Positions 46,923 to 61,900 of a stretch of 64,000 nt of DNA are shown piece by piece. Positions within the stretch are counted from its first letter, which is position 1, and each line of letters starts with the position of its first letter. A model generated the notes under the pieces. It searched no databases and was not told where the DNA came from. It worked only from the letters and a program-made list of their open reading frames with translations. Where the stretch lies: the NCBI GenBank assembly GCA_977016875.1, contig CDRNST010000165.1, positions 310,001-374,000 of the forward strand, in the 5' to 3' direction. The position numbers and the translations under genes were made by a program. The DNA comes from Pavona decussata. Lineage: Eukaryota.

Positions 46923-49900
46923 TTAAACATATTCTTCGTCTTTCTTTCTTGGAGGACTCGAAGAATCTTTCAACTGCGCAATATCTTTATACACTCCTCT
47001 GAGATTATGATAACGCAGTCCCCAGTTTAACACATCATCCCAATTGAATAAGTCTTTAGCCCCATTCACGGGCTTATTACTCAAAGCGTTCGGTAAAATT
47101 TCTTCGTCGCTAAGGTTTAACGTACTTAGTGATCCGCGGTGAGAACTTCGCCCTTCGTGTTCCGCTCGTTCGCTCGTGTTTTTGTCGTTGCCTGTCGTGT
47201 CTCCATCGGCAAGCTTCGAAAACACCATACTTCCACGATCGTTATCCTCCCGGCTCGGTTCATCATTGTCATATTCAAATTCACTGCACGTGAAGGTATC
47301 ATCAGAGCTCTCACTTGAGGTATCGGGAACTTCGAGCACACTCGACAGCTTATCGATTGTCGGAGCATCTTCGTCACTTATAGAAGACACAGCATCCAGT
47401 AAACTACCCGAGGGCGGTTGTTTCCGAAGTCGCTCGATCTCTGCCGCCGACAATCCTTGAGGCTCCCGACGGTTTAACGAAGGGTCTCTAAACGTGTTCG
47501 GATCGTATTGATAAGAAACTTCACTGTAACCGAGGCTTGCAACCTCAATGTCATAATGCTCCAATCGTTCTGAGTTGTTATCATCAGACCTGTGCCCGGC
47601 ATCGGAGAAATCCGGTAGTTCGTCGCTACTCGACGAGCCCAGCGAACCTTTCCGAAAACGTCGCGAGGGTGGCGGGTTAGTCGGCCCGCGCAACCTTGGG
47701 TCTAGAATGGTTCTGGACAGCGGTTGCCGTTTATCCACGCCATGTCTGAAGTGAGGATTGGGAATTTTCCGCTCGCGATTTCTTGGTCTGTTATTCGACG
47801 AAGGACGGCTCGTTTCTTTCTCCAACGGTGTACTACGATGGTTTGGGGTTCGTGATAACCTGGATGCATCTCCGATATCAATCGGTGTTTCCCTGATCAG
47901 GGCCATATCATTGCGCATGATAAACTCTCCGTCAGACTCGGAGAAACCCGGGTCGATTTTCTCCTGTGATGATTTAGTGAGTTTGATTTGATAATCCTCC
48001 GGGGCGCCTACATTGTGTATTACGATGTCCTTTCCGTTCTGAAGCGTGGATTGTCGTAAATCTGTCAGGGACTTCTGGCTGGGATTGCGGATTACCACGC
48101 CGCTGTCGTCACTGCTGTGAGAAGGTGATGTACGTTGGGAAGCGTCTTGCACGTCTGCCGCCACTTCAGCGCCCGCGGTAGCGTCAAACTCCACCGTAGG
48201 CTTGCTGCTGGCTTGTTGTCGGAGACGCCGATAACGGCGTGCAAAAATTACTGCAATGACGATCAATATCACCAAAACTATAAAGAAAACAATCGCTGCG
48301 ATTACCCCCGGACTCAGAGAACTTTCGTCATCTCCAGTTTGAAGATCCCCCTTGACGCACTCGTACTTCCCCGAATCACCAGCGCGACAAATCTTGTCTC
48401 CACACGGATGAGGCCAGCAGACTCCGGGCACTGAACATATATCTCCTTTGAAATCTCCATCGCATTTACACTTAAAGCTGCCATCTTTCTGTGGAAGACA
48501 AGTGCCGTTGTTTTTACACGGGTTCGGTTTGCACTGAGCGTCGCTGATACAGATGTGTTGCTCCCACTCCTCGTAACAGTAAGGTTTGGTCGGATCCGGG
48601 CACTGAAATGAAGCACATGAACCAGAGCCGTCACAGCCTTGCTCCACGGCTCCGCCTTGTGATGAAATCAGCGCGAACTTATTTGGCCCTGAGAAAGAAA
48701 CATGAAGGCCATCGATGCTTAGGTCTTCCATACATCCGCGGAATTTAGTTAAAACCCCGAGCGAAGAATTAAACCCGCCCAAGTACCAGCTCTGGATGTT
48801 CTTTCCAAGGAAATCATGCGCGGTAGCGTCGAACACTTTGTCGTATGATTTGCCGTCGAGCGTGACAGTCACGCTTTTACCTTGGTGAAGAATGGTCACG
48901 TTATGCCACTCGCCATCTGTCACAGTGGTAGCCGTCACTACGAAGCTCGCAGTATTGCCTCCGTTACCGAAACTGTACTTGATGTTGCTTTCCTTTATCT
49001 GTAAGTAAGGAAAATGAGCATTACAAACGGCTGTAATCAGAGCATAGACCGTTACCTGCTAAATTCATTATTGATAAACTGGTTCAAAAGCTCATGAAAC
49101 CGGTACAAGGGCTGGGAAAACCGATGGAGTCAAACGACGATCGGCACGGGTGGGTCGATACCATTATTTCAAATCGATACCATAGGACCACGATACTTCA
49201 CCAGTTTTAGCATATTTTTTACATGATAAAAACGAGCAGAGAATGCGTAAACTGCCTGCGATACTCCGTTCGAGTGAAGAAAGCAGCAGAATAACAAAAA
49301 TCGCGCTTACTGGACAAAGAATTTAATCTTAGAGTGGAGCACGCCACTTATTCCCCAAGAAGCCACATGAACCGTATCGAAAGCATCACCTGAGTATCGA
49401 TATTTTACAGAAGCCCCAATACCGATGGTATCGAATATTTGATATTTTCATTTTGCTTCCGATTTGCCGAAAAGAGGGTGATAAGGTAAAGCAAGGCGCA
49501 CTATTTTACTAATCATATACAGATGTCGCTCCAGAACAAAGCTGACACACAAAACCAAATGCATTACAGTGTTCAAGCGGGTTTAAATTGACCTTAGCCA
49601 AAGTAATTACACTGGCATTTAATAGGATATTCTTTGGAGAGACGATAAAAAGCTTTCCAACTTACTTCCAAAGTAGTGTATCCTGAAACACTGATTCCAG
49701 CTGAGTCACTAGCGAGAAGCAACAGTCCATCGTGTCGAGTGCGGAATCGAATGGAAAACTGCTCTGAGCTGGAAGAAGCTGCTCGCCGCTTGCGAGCGGA
49801 ATTTCCTTCTTTTTCTTTCCGTTGTTGTTCGCGGCGATATCTCTCCTTAAACTTTAACACCAGGAAGCTGTTTACGCCGAATTTCACAGGTTTTACTTCT

Positions 49901-52900
49901 ACAAAGAAATGAATTGAAGCAGCATAAGGCAGTGAATACTGAAAGAAAGCTATAAACTAAACAGAGCAGGAATCTGCAGTCACAGGGAGGCTCACTTGTC
50001 TCGCACGCGAGCTGCCACCAAGGAATACCTCCCTGTACGACACCAATTTCTTTTTACTTTTACTTTTTGCTAGAATAACATGAATGATGGATAAGAGAAT
50101 CAGCTCTACAGTGTATGTGTTAAAGGGAACCCATGAATTTCCTACTGAGCGTTAGCCTAGTAAGGAAATGGCAAACTATATGAGGCAAAGAAAAAATCTT
50201 TTACTGCGGCGGGAATCGAACGCACGACCTCCGGATTTCAGGTTCCTTCTATGGGTACCAGAGTAGAGACGACGTAAAACAAAAGAAACAAAACAACTTC
50301 AAACAAGACCTAACCACAATAGGTCGAAAACAGTACAAATACAATGCTCTCCGGTACCTGCAGAAAGACCTGGATTTCACCAACCACTGTTCTACCGACT
50401 GAGAATTAGCTCTGAACTATTATAAAGAAACTTGAAACTGTTTTTCGGTGTCCTAGATCACCATGTGTACAAGCAAAATGTAGGTGAATACATTACCTTC
50501 TTCACAATTTCTTCCGCTGTATCCCCGCTGGCACTCACAAACGTAGTCAAACCAGTAATCCACACACTTGCCGCCATTTTTACACTGCCCAGCTGCACAC
50601 TGGCCTTGTCGAGGGCAGCTGTCAGTAATGCCAGCGGACTCTGTAGCAGAAGTCGGGTCCATTTTCTTACCGTTGATGAACACATTTCGCATGCAGCCAA
50701 GGAAGTCATCAGTTTGAATGTGCTGTGCAGGATGACTCAGCGCTTGGTCGAAGTCTTTTATTCCACCCAGATACAGTGGCGAGTTCAACAAGTCCAGTTT
50801 CCTGTAGAAAGTCAGAGTCATGTGTTAGATTTCTGAAAAAGAGTTAAGTTAGAAGAACGTGGAAATATAAAACCTTATTGAAGTTTGTAGATATTGATAA
50901 CAGTTTAAAGAAGAACAAAACAAGAACAAGAACAAGAACTCTTTTTACCCTAGGACAATTGCGCAGTGGAACAATCTCCCACCAGAAATTACAACATCTA
51001 CTTCGCCATGTTCATTCAGGCAATCTTTGTGTGATCTTACATATTAGTAATTTTATGTTGTTTTATTCATTGTTGTAATCTTTATTATAGTTTAAAGCAG
51101 AGTGAAGACTTAATTGGTAAATAAAGGTGGAAGCAAAATCTTAAGCAGAAATTTAACCAAAGACAATACGTCGACGAATACCAGTTTCAAGTGGGTCTGA
51201 AATTTGGGCGCGGACTTTTCAAACTGAATAAAGTCAAGTTTCAGAAACAGGTGGCAGCCCAATACCAAGGATCTCCTATACCTGCCACCCACCCCTCCCT
51301 TCCCTATCTACTTACTGTAACTGTCCCTGAGATGTCACTGTCACTGGAACAGACCAATCAACTGACACTTGCCCAACCTGAAAATAATCCAAATATAGCG
51401 TTAGCAACGGAATGCAAATAAGGATAAATACACGTAAATCCTACGTCATCAGGCAATTCTTCTTCATCTTGTTTCGCAACTTTGTTGCGCCGTTGCGACA
51501 CAAGTTGCACGATAACATGACCTCAAATGAACATGTCTCGCAACGTTTTTCTTAAAGTCAGTGTTGCACGAAGAATCGTCTTCTAGTTCTCGCAACGATG
51601 GTAACAACAAGCATTTGCGAGACATGATCACTTCAGGGCATGTTGCAAAAGAAAAGTTTCGTACAACTTGTGTTGGAACACAATTACCAAACAAGTCGCT
51701 AAAAAATTGCCTTATGAAGCATAGGCTTAAAGACCTGACAGTTTCAATCCTAGAATCTCAGTTGTTATGGGTTTAAAAGTCCTGACGAAGCACCTGAAAA
51801 GCGCAGTACTAAATATCTTAGTTAGCTCTAATTAAAACGTCCCATTCTAATCGCCTCGAGTTCAATTCGAGTTTCAGGTGAGAATCAATTCCGCACTCTG
51901 TTCGACGTTTATGCTAATCAAAAGCAAAGTGCATTAGTTGTTGTCTGTGTGGATTCTGGGATGATTTACTTCGATTTTGCCAGTTTTTGTGGGGCTTGAG
52001 TCACATTTCACGCAACTGGAATGCGGTATATACACTGAACCTTCCACAAAAAAACCTTACTAGTGTTTATTCATGCGGAAATGTTACCAATCGCAAGCGG
52101 TTTTCAACTGAACCTAAAAAAAAAGCAAATACTCTGACCAATCAGAACAGACGCAAATAGCGCAATGAACCAATCAGAACTCGAAACAAATACGTGTAAC
52201 CGGCGCCAAGAGCGGGAAAACGCGTGCGACCAAGTTTGAGCAAACCACGATTGGTTCTGGCCAATTAAGACTCTGGAATTGGATTATCCAATAATCCAGT
52301 TTTTAATAAAGGGTTTGTAAGCCAAAACAAAAGTGTTGTCAGTTTGATTGTAAAAATGTAAAAGAAAAGCGAACAGAAAATCCACTGACCTTTCTGTTTC
52401 TGATTGCCGTGACCCTGTGCCACTGTTCATCAGCTACAAACTTGTCTGCTTCGACAACAACAGCAGTCTTGGTATCTCCGAGGTTAAAGGACATGCGAAT
52501 CTTTCCTTCGATGATCTGTATGGCGATGAAATCCGAATCCGTCTTGTTCTGCCCATCAGTGTTGTACAGCAACAAGCCGTTATTTTTGGACGTGGAGAAC
52601 TCGAATGTGATGTTGTTGAAGTCACCTTGTTGCAGACTCTCCAGCGTAGGAAGTTGTAGATATGCAGCGGAATCAAACCCGACACATGCGCACTGACACG
52701 CTTGGTTGGTAGCGCAGCTACACTTGGGCTGAGCCCATTGAGCAGATGTGGAAACGCGACAAAAGTCGAAACCAGAGGAGCAGTTCTTACCCAGGTATCC
52801 CGGTTTGCAGTCGCATTGGTAAGTCCCGACAAGATTCTTACAGGTTCCGCCACTCTGACAAGGATTCTGTGCACACTCGTTGACATCATCAGCACAAGTC

Positions 52901-55900
52901 AAACCTGTAAAACCGGTTGGACACTGGCATACAAACGCAGAGTCTTTATCTTGGCATGTGGCTCCGTTCTTGCACGGTTTTGAGTTGCAACCTTTCTTGC
53001 TTATTTCGCAAGTCTCGCCAACGAAACCCGGTTTGCACACACAGCTAAAGCGCCACTCATAATCTATCGATAGGAAGATGACAGGTACGGACTCAACAGT
53101 GGTTTGAGACCCCAGGGTTTGAATATAACTCGTGCACTCGCCTCCATTGCGACACGGACTGCTGGCTGTGCATGGAGTGTAGTCGACATTTTGGATTTGA
53201 ACTTTGCCGTTTCGTTCCAAATCATGTTTGCGATTCCTCAGCAAGCCAGAAAGACGTTCTCGTGTCATATAATTAAACGGTTGAGTCCCTTTCGCGGCCA
53301 CAGACAAATCCACGAGGCCATCTCCGATAGACTTCACACTGAAGAGTTGCGCGCTGTGTTCCGGTTGTGTAATACGGTTGATAGCATCCAGGAACAACTG
53401 GTACGACTGCGTGAGAAAGAGCTCAGGACTTGTGTTCTGTAATCGCACAGTTATGCTGCTGTCGAAAGTTTTAGAGTTGAAGGCAACAAATCGGACTTTC
53501 ACATCATAGGAAACCGCCCATCTCCCATCAGAACCGTTCACTCTCAGATCCAGCTCAGCGCTGCCGTCATACCTCCTGTTGGTCATCAACATACAGCTCC
53601 GAGGAGGAAAACTAAACAAGTTGTTACTATTCCGAATTATCTCGCACACTAAGACGTCATCCACGTCCGGGTCTTCAGGTTGTACGTTTGCTATGAACCC
53701 GGATGCGAAACTGTTGTTGCTGTTCACGTGCACAACACGTGTAGCCTGAAGAGGTCTGTTATCATTCTCATCCTGGACCAGAATGTTGCAGTGCGAAAGA
53801 GCGGATTTCTGTGGGGAGCCATTGTCTGTTATTCGGATAGACAAGTTGTAAGATGAAGTGGCCTCCCGGTCGAGTTGCGCGGTGGTCGTAACCAACCCAG
53901 TTCCACTGTCTAACTGGAACTTTCCGAAGTTAGTCCCAGTGATGGCAAAAGTGAACGGCCCTCGGTTAGGGTCTATATCAGGGTCATGCGGCTGCAGTGT
54001 CATAACATGAGTGCCAGCGCGTTTGTTTTCTCTGACCATACCCGTGCAGTTCGCAAAGAGGCGTGGCGCGTTGTCGTTCACGTCATCAAGACGGACAACA
54101 ACAGTAGCGTTTCCTGACATGGGCGGTCGACCCTGGTCTGTAGCAGTGACGGTCAGATGGTATTGTGGGACCGCTTCCCTGTCCAGCCTCTTGCCAGTCG
54201 TGATTGCGCCAGTATCTGCATCAATGGTAAAGACGTTACCGATGTTACCAGTCAGAATGCCGTATGTTATCCTCGCTGCAACTGGATGTTTGGCAAAGTC
54301 ATCATCTACCGCTGTAACATTAGCAACAAACGAACCTGGACCTACATCTTCCTTCACTCTCTCGTTGTACACATGTTGAAGGAACCGAGGCGCGTCATTG
54401 GCGTCCGTGACTGTCACAACGATCGTTGCTAGGTCACTGGTATCCGGTGTCACGCTTGTCTGTAACGCGTTTTTAATTAGAACCTGAAGCCGTACAATGC
54501 CAGCTTGCTCACTGTCCAATCTTCCGGAAACGCTTAACACCCCTGAGGAGTGGTCCAAGCTGAATCCTTGGTTGTTACTCTCACCAACCAGAACAAAAAC
54601 TACCTCACCGTCCGGGCCCTTGTCTTTGTCGGTTGCGTAAATCCGAGTCACAGACTGCCCCACAGGTGCGTTCTCGGCCACAGAAGCTGCAAACAAAGAC
54701 TTGTTGAACTTGGGTGTGTACTCATTCACGCTGGTCACATGAACCAAAACTTTAGCGCGTGGCCGCGATTCTAACTGTGGATTTCCGTGATCTTTAGCAG
54801 TGACAGTCAATTCGTATAACTCTTGGATTTCATAGTCAAACGGTGCTTTGCTGCTGACAACCCCAGTGGTCGCATTTATTTCAAATAACCCCAGGACACC
54901 CACGCCAGTGATGCTGTACTCCACTCGACCCCCGTCACGCTGGTCGGGATCTAGCGCCGTAACGGTAACAACCGGGGCCCCGGGTGCCGTATTTTCCGGT
55001 ATGTATCCATGATACACTTGCTCTGTGAAAACAGGTTGGTTGTCATTTGCGTCTAAAAGCGTAACACGCACGACGGCTGAAGCTGATCGAGGATTTCTAC
55101 CACCATCAGTCGCCACAACGTTCAGTATAATTAATTTTGTCAGTTCGTAATCCAAATGCTTCTGCACAAAGATAGAACCATTCCTTCGCCCAATTCCAAG
55201 ATAACCTGGAGGATCGCTGCTCTCTATATCGTAGAAAACTTGCCCGTTTGTCCCAGAGTCCTGGTCGGAGGCAGAGATTCTAACCACTTGTTTTCCTACA
55301 GGCAAGGTTTCCAACGGATTGGCTTGATACTGGTGACTTGAGAAGACAGGTGCAAAGTTGTTGGGTTCAATCACTTCCACGTACACATTGGCGCTGCCTT
55401 CCATAGTAGGATGTCCCAAGTCTTTCGCCCTGACCTGTATGTGGAACACTCCCAAACTACTGACCGAACCCGCCACTGTGACGTTACCAGTATCCGGGTC
55501 GATGTTAAACAGCGATGATCCATTCCCGCTGACTGTCTCATAGCGCACGCGTGCATTTGCGCCATCATCTTGCTCATCAACCGCCTCCACGCGGCCAACA
55601 CTCTCCCCAATTCCTGTGTTTATTACGACGAAGAAGTTGTACGACAGGGACGTGAATACAGGGGAGTGATCGTTAGAATCGGTGACTTCGATGGTGACAT
55701 TAACTGTTGCCTCGTTGAAGGGTGAATACGAATTCCTTGCTTTCACTGTGATATTGTACAGGTTCTCGTTTCCAATTCCACTTGGCTTCTTATAAACAAG
55801 CACTTTGTTAAGGTGCAAGGTACCAGTTTGACGATCTATGGTGAAAACGTCGCTTGAGGGAGATGGCAAAATAGAGTACAGAATCTCCGCATTTGTCCCC

Positions 55901-58900
55901 ACGTCATCATCGAGCGCAGTAACATTCATCGCCACGGAGTCGATAGGCAATTTCTCCCGGATTTTCTGTGTCAGATGATCCGAGAGGAATCTTGGTGGGT
56001 TATCGTTGATATCCAAGACGGTAACAGTGAAGTTGGACGTTGTTTTATGTAGTGAGTCATCAACCGTCACTTGTAGAATGTACTGAGATTTTTCCTCTCG
56101 ATTCAAAGCCTTCTGTAATGTCAAACTACCGTTACTTGCATCAAGGTGAAACACACTGTCTGGATTTCCACCCACAGCAAAACCAAACTGCATTTGAGCG
56201 TTATTTTTCGTGTCAGCATCTGTTGCGCTCAACACCGCAACTTGGTACCCCCTTGAGACATTCTCGTAAACAGATGCAAACAGTGGACCTACGAAAACTG
56301 GAGCGTTGTCGTTAATATCTTGTACGGTTACTACAACAACTACTTCACTTGCCATGGATCTGTTTGCCACGTCTTCAGCGCGAACCTTGAACGTATACGC
56401 TGCAGTGTTCTCTCGATCGAGTTGGACCTTGGTAGAGATACGCCCAGTCTTGAGGGACACATCGAATGCTGAACTTGCCTGGCTGTTTCCAGGGACCATT
56501 TTGTACTCAGTCTCAGCATTGGACCCTGAATCATCATCAGCTGCGTGTAACCAACGAACGGTTGTGTTCACAGGCATTTCCTCTTGGATTTCCACTCGAT
56601 AAACGCTTTGATTGAATAAAGGAGCATTATCGTTCTCATCAGTAACTGTCACATGGATTGTCACAAAGCTTGTGAGTGGCTGACTGCTTCCATCCCTCGC
56701 ACCGATAATGACATCATAGCTCATCTGTTGCTCAAAGTCCAAGTGTTTCAGGATCTTCAACTCTCCGCGAACTTTGTCCACTTCAAAAACATCTCCGATG
56801 TTGCCCGCTGCGATGAAATAAGACGTGTGCCCGGTAGCGTTTACAGTGACAAGTTCTGTCCCGAGTGGAGCCAGCTCGGACACCGTTACATTCACATCCT
56901 GGTGTTGGAATACTGGGAAGGAGCCCTGCACCACAGTAATTCGCACGTCAGTGGTAGCGGAGCGCTGAGGTGCATTCACATTAGTAGCCTTCACTGTGAA
57001 GACGTATGTTGCTTGGCCAGGGGGCACAGTTTGTGCCACGGTGATGATCCCTGTCCTGGGAGCAATTTGCAAAACAGAAGGAAATGACGCACTTGTTACT
57101 GTGTATACGGACTCAGCATTAGGGCCTATATCCTCATCTGTGGCAGAGACCATAATAATGAAGGTTCCTGGTAGAGCCCCTGGGGCAACTGATGCTGTGT
57201 ACAGGTTAGACTTAAACACTGGATCAAAGTCGTTAGCATCTTCAACAGTCACAAACAAAGTGGCTCTTGCTTCTCTTCTGGGATTGCCTCCGTCGGTGGC
57301 CAAAACTTTCAGCTCATACGAAGGCGTGTTTTCACGATTAAGCGAAGCTGTGGTTTTTACTTCACCAGTGTTCGGATGAATCTTAAACAGGTCAAAAGTT
57401 GTTATCAGAGAGTATGTTATTTTTCCATTAAGCCCAGCATCAGCGTCTGTTGCAGTGACTTGCAGGACGGGTGTGTCTGCAGGGGAGTTCTCCACCACTG
57501 ACCCCTTAAACACGTCCGGCTGGAAGACAGGCGGATTGTCATTTCTATCAGTCACCTTCACTATGACTACAGTTTCACCCACACGGGGCGGAGTTCCTCC
57601 ATCTTTTGCCTGCACTCGCAGGGTGTACAGCGCCTGCGTCTCTCTATTCAGAGCATTCCTCAGTCCTATTTGGCCAGTCTGACTGTCAATGGTAAAAACA
57701 CCTCCATCATTGCCACGGATAATATCGTACGTCACAGCACCATCTTTGCCTTCGTCACCGTCCACAGCTTTGACCGTGATGACATTGGCTTCCACGTGAT
57801 TTTCATAAACCTCTGCAGGATAGGAGGTTTTGGAGAAGGTGGGTGTGTTGTCATTGATGTCGCGTAACACAATCTTCAAATTCTCATCTGAGAACTGTGG
57901 CGGTGTCCCTAGATCAGACGCACGGATGACCAGGGTGTAATTGGGTGTGGTTTCACGGTCCAGGGATCTTATGGTGCTCAGGACTCCATTCATGGGATTC
58001 ATCTCAAATCTGCCATTCTCGTTTCCAGCCACAATGCTATAGCGCACTTCTGCATTGCTTCCTTGGTCTCTGTCAATTGCTAAAAATCTTACAACTTCAC
58101 TTCCAATTGAGATATTTTCAAAGATTGGCACCGTGCTCATTCCTGCCTGGAAAATTGGAGCATGATCATTAAAATCATCCACTATGACCGTCAGCCTCAT
58201 CTCTGCACGCTTTGACGGGTGACCCTGGTCAGTTGCAATCACTTTGACAACATACCTGTCTCTGACCTCACGATCTAAACTCCCTGATACCGGCAATACA
58301 CCATCACTTGCACCTAAACTGAGTGGAGCTAAAGCATCAAGCTTGACCAGGCTGAAGGTGATCTTGCTGTTACTTCCTGCATCTAAATCAGCCACCATGA
58401 TTGTTGTGATGATATCACCTGTTCTGGCATGCTCTGATACATGGGTGATATTACTGGATATGAAAGATGGGCTGTTATCATTGATATCTGTTAATGTCAC
58501 CTGAACTGTTGCTGTGCTGGATAGCTGCATTGCCACAGGTATCGCCTGATCTCTTGCCATGATGCTCAGTAAATAAGAACTCTTTTTCTCACGGTCAAAT
58601 GTTCTAAGGTTGTAGATAGTACCATTTGGATAGACTGAGAAGGTGCGGTCACTGTTTCCAGAGAGTATTGAGTATGTAATTAATGCATTGGTACCAAAGT
58701 CTTTATCAGTGGCTGATACAGTTACAATGCTACTGTATGGTACAGTGGCTTCAGAGACACTCACAGCGTACTCACTCTGTGAAAACTGTGGTGGGTTATC
58801 ATTCCTGTCCAGGACATTCACATAAACTTCAGCATAGGAGGACATGGGAGGGTTACCATGGTCACTAGCAGAAACATTCAAAATATAGACTTCCACTGCT

Positions 58901-61900
58901 TCTCTGTCAAGCCTCTGTGTCACCTTTAAATTTCCACTCAATGAGTCGACCACGAACACATCTCTGTGATTACCCACAATGCTATAGCTGATCCTAGCAT
59001 TCTCTCCAGTATCAGTGTCTGTTGCCGTCAAAGTTCCCATGACTCTCCCAACTGCTGTTCCTTCAAGGACGTTAAATGAATAGAATGGACTTGAAAACTG
59101 AGGGGCATTGTTGTTGGCATCACTCACTGTTACCATGACAACACAGTTTGAGTGCCGTCTTGGACTCCCACTGTCAGTTGCCGACACAGTTAGGGTGTAC
59201 CTTGATTGAGACACATGATTTAATTCTTTGTTGGTGGTGATCTCACCGGTTGAGATGTTTACTTGAAAAACATCATCATCATTCCCACTGACAATAGAAT
59301 ATTCTACATCTGCATTGAGACCTTCATCCTTGTCGACAGCAGAAACAACACTGACTATTTCACCAGGTGGTAACATCTCCCTCACAGTTGATCTGTAAAT
59401 ATTCTGCACAAAAATGGGAGGATTGTCATTCACGTCCAGCAAAGTGATTTCAACTGTAGCACTACTTGTCCGCGGGCTTGGGCCACTCAAATCCACTGCA
59501 TACACAGTAAGTGTGAACACAGATGTTGACATACTATCATAGTCAAGCTCAACAGCAGTTGTCACACTACCATTGTTTTCATTCACAACAAATGAGCCAT
59601 TGCTGGAATCTGCAGTGACAAAGTACCTCACATCTGCATCGGGTAAGCTTGGAGAGAAGGATGCCTGCACTTGAGTTACTGATGTCCCCAGGCGACTGTT
59701 TTCCTGAACAGAATCTCTATAGGTTGCTTTAGTGAAAGTGGGTCCACTATTAGGCTGGCCTTTCTTGAATACAGTCACCAAAGTTTCTGTAATTTGGTTA
59801 GGAATGCCTCTGTCACGAGCCGATACCCTCAGCCGAAAACTCAAACGGTCGCTGGGCAGCTGGGATTGTGTTGTCAACTGCCCTGTGTTTGGCTCCAATT
59901 GGAAAAGATTGGTATCTCCACTTTCAATGTTGTAAGTTACCTGTGAATTCCTCCCTTCATCTGCATCCCTTGCCAAAATGGTTGCAGCAACACTGTTAGA
60001 AGCTGCAATGCCAGGTGCAGTAACAAATCTGGGTTTGTTATCATTCACATCTTCCAGCACAATAGTGATTTCTTTGACAGCAGAACCCCGTGCAGATTCT
60101 GGCTGCGCACCATCAGTAGCTCTAATAACAAGTTTGTATGAAGGAGTGCGCTCACGATCTAGCTGCCTTCTTGTAGTGATAACACAAGTGTTGGGGTCCA
60201 CTTCAAAAGCCATCTCCTCGAGTGGTGTTTGACTGTCGATACTAAATGTTACGCGGCCATTTTCACCATTGTCTTTATCAGTCACAAAGCACTGACCAAC
60301 TTGAGACCTGGCAGTCACATTTTCTGGCAACCTGATGATACTAGGGTGATCTGCAAACACAGGGTTGTCATTCTGATTAATAATATTTACTGTAAGCCAA
60401 GACACTGCAGACTGAGGAGGGTTTCCACGATCATCTGCAGTAATGTTTAAAACATACTTCTTGGTCCTCTCAAAGTCAAGTGGCTTAATAAGAAAGACTT
60501 CTCCTGTCAAGTGGTTGATGTCGAACACAGCTTCTAAATTTCCTGATGTGATGGTATACGCAATCTCAGCATTAACACCTGCATCCCTGTCCACTGCACG
60601 AACAACTGCAACTTGAGATGATACTGGCAAATTCTCCGTGGCATTGACGAACAACTGGTTCTCGGTGAACTTGGGTTTATTGTCATTGGTGTCACCTACA
60701 ATAATTTCAAGCTGCACTTGAGAGTACATACTGTTGTTGACAACATCTGTGGCCTGAACAGTAATGGCATAGTGGTCCACCTTCTCTCTGTCAAGTGATT
60801 GGTTAAGAAAGAGATTTCCGCTCACAGGATCAATTGAGAACACTTCAGAACTTGGTCCACTCAGAATTGAAAATGTGAAGTTAGCATTGACACCTTCATC
60901 AGGGTCTGAAGCAATTACTTTGTAAATGATGGATCCTACTTGAGATGACTCTTTGGCTGTCACAAAAACAACAGAGCGACGGAACTCAGGAAGGTTGTCA
61001 TTCTGGTCTTCAATTGTAACCACCACTATAGCTGTGTCTTGTCTTGATGGTGTGTCACTGTACATTGCCTTTGCAAGAAATGTTATAACATTTTGTCCAC
61101 TTTGTGCAATTAACTGCTCCCGATCAAACAGTCTTGTTGTTATGATCATTCCGCTAGTGGAGTCGACAAAAAAGCCTCCATGCAAGTCAGTTAGAGAATA
61201 AACAATCTTCCTATGCTTCAGGGATTCATCTGATATGAGAAGCAGTCTGCCAGTGATGGTACCTGGCAGATGGTTTTCCACAACAGAGAATGCAAAAGTG
61301 TCATTAACAAACATGGCCTGATGCATGATGGAATCTGAAACATTAACTGTCACTGATACCACACTGGTGAGTGGTGGAGTTCCTTTATCAGTTGCAGTGA
61401 CTGAGATTGAATACACTGATCTTGGTTGGTTAAGTTTCTTGTTAACAAACAATATTCCATCGTGAGAAATTCCAAAGAAACTTTCTTCATTGCCTTTTGG
61501 TGCAATTATGTAAGTTACCTTGCCATTGTTGCCGCTGTCTGGATCTTGAGCTGTTACAGGAAGGATTTGCTTTCCCACTGGGGTGTCACTAGGAATACTA
61601 ACAGCAAACGAAGGTGACAAAAACCTTGGTGGATGATTGGTTATAATGACCACAGTTAACATGAAGGCAGAGTGCAGAGGAGGTGCTCCTAAGTCCGATG
61701 CCAACACTCGCACGATGTACTGAGAATCGTCTATGCTGGATACCTTCCTGGCTAACAACACCATTCCTGATGTCATGTTCACTGTGAAAAGTCCACTGCC
61801 ATCATCAGTCAACTGATAATGGACAACTCCATTTAGTTCAGCATCCTTGTCAGTTGCACCAGCGAGGTAGATTCCTTTCCCAACAGGCCAGGATGCATCA

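Noticed and set aside
51781-51805. Additional hammerhead motif (CTGACGAAGCACCTGAAAA)
   Set aside because: No pairing stem II and no properly placed NUH cleavage triplet with stem I.
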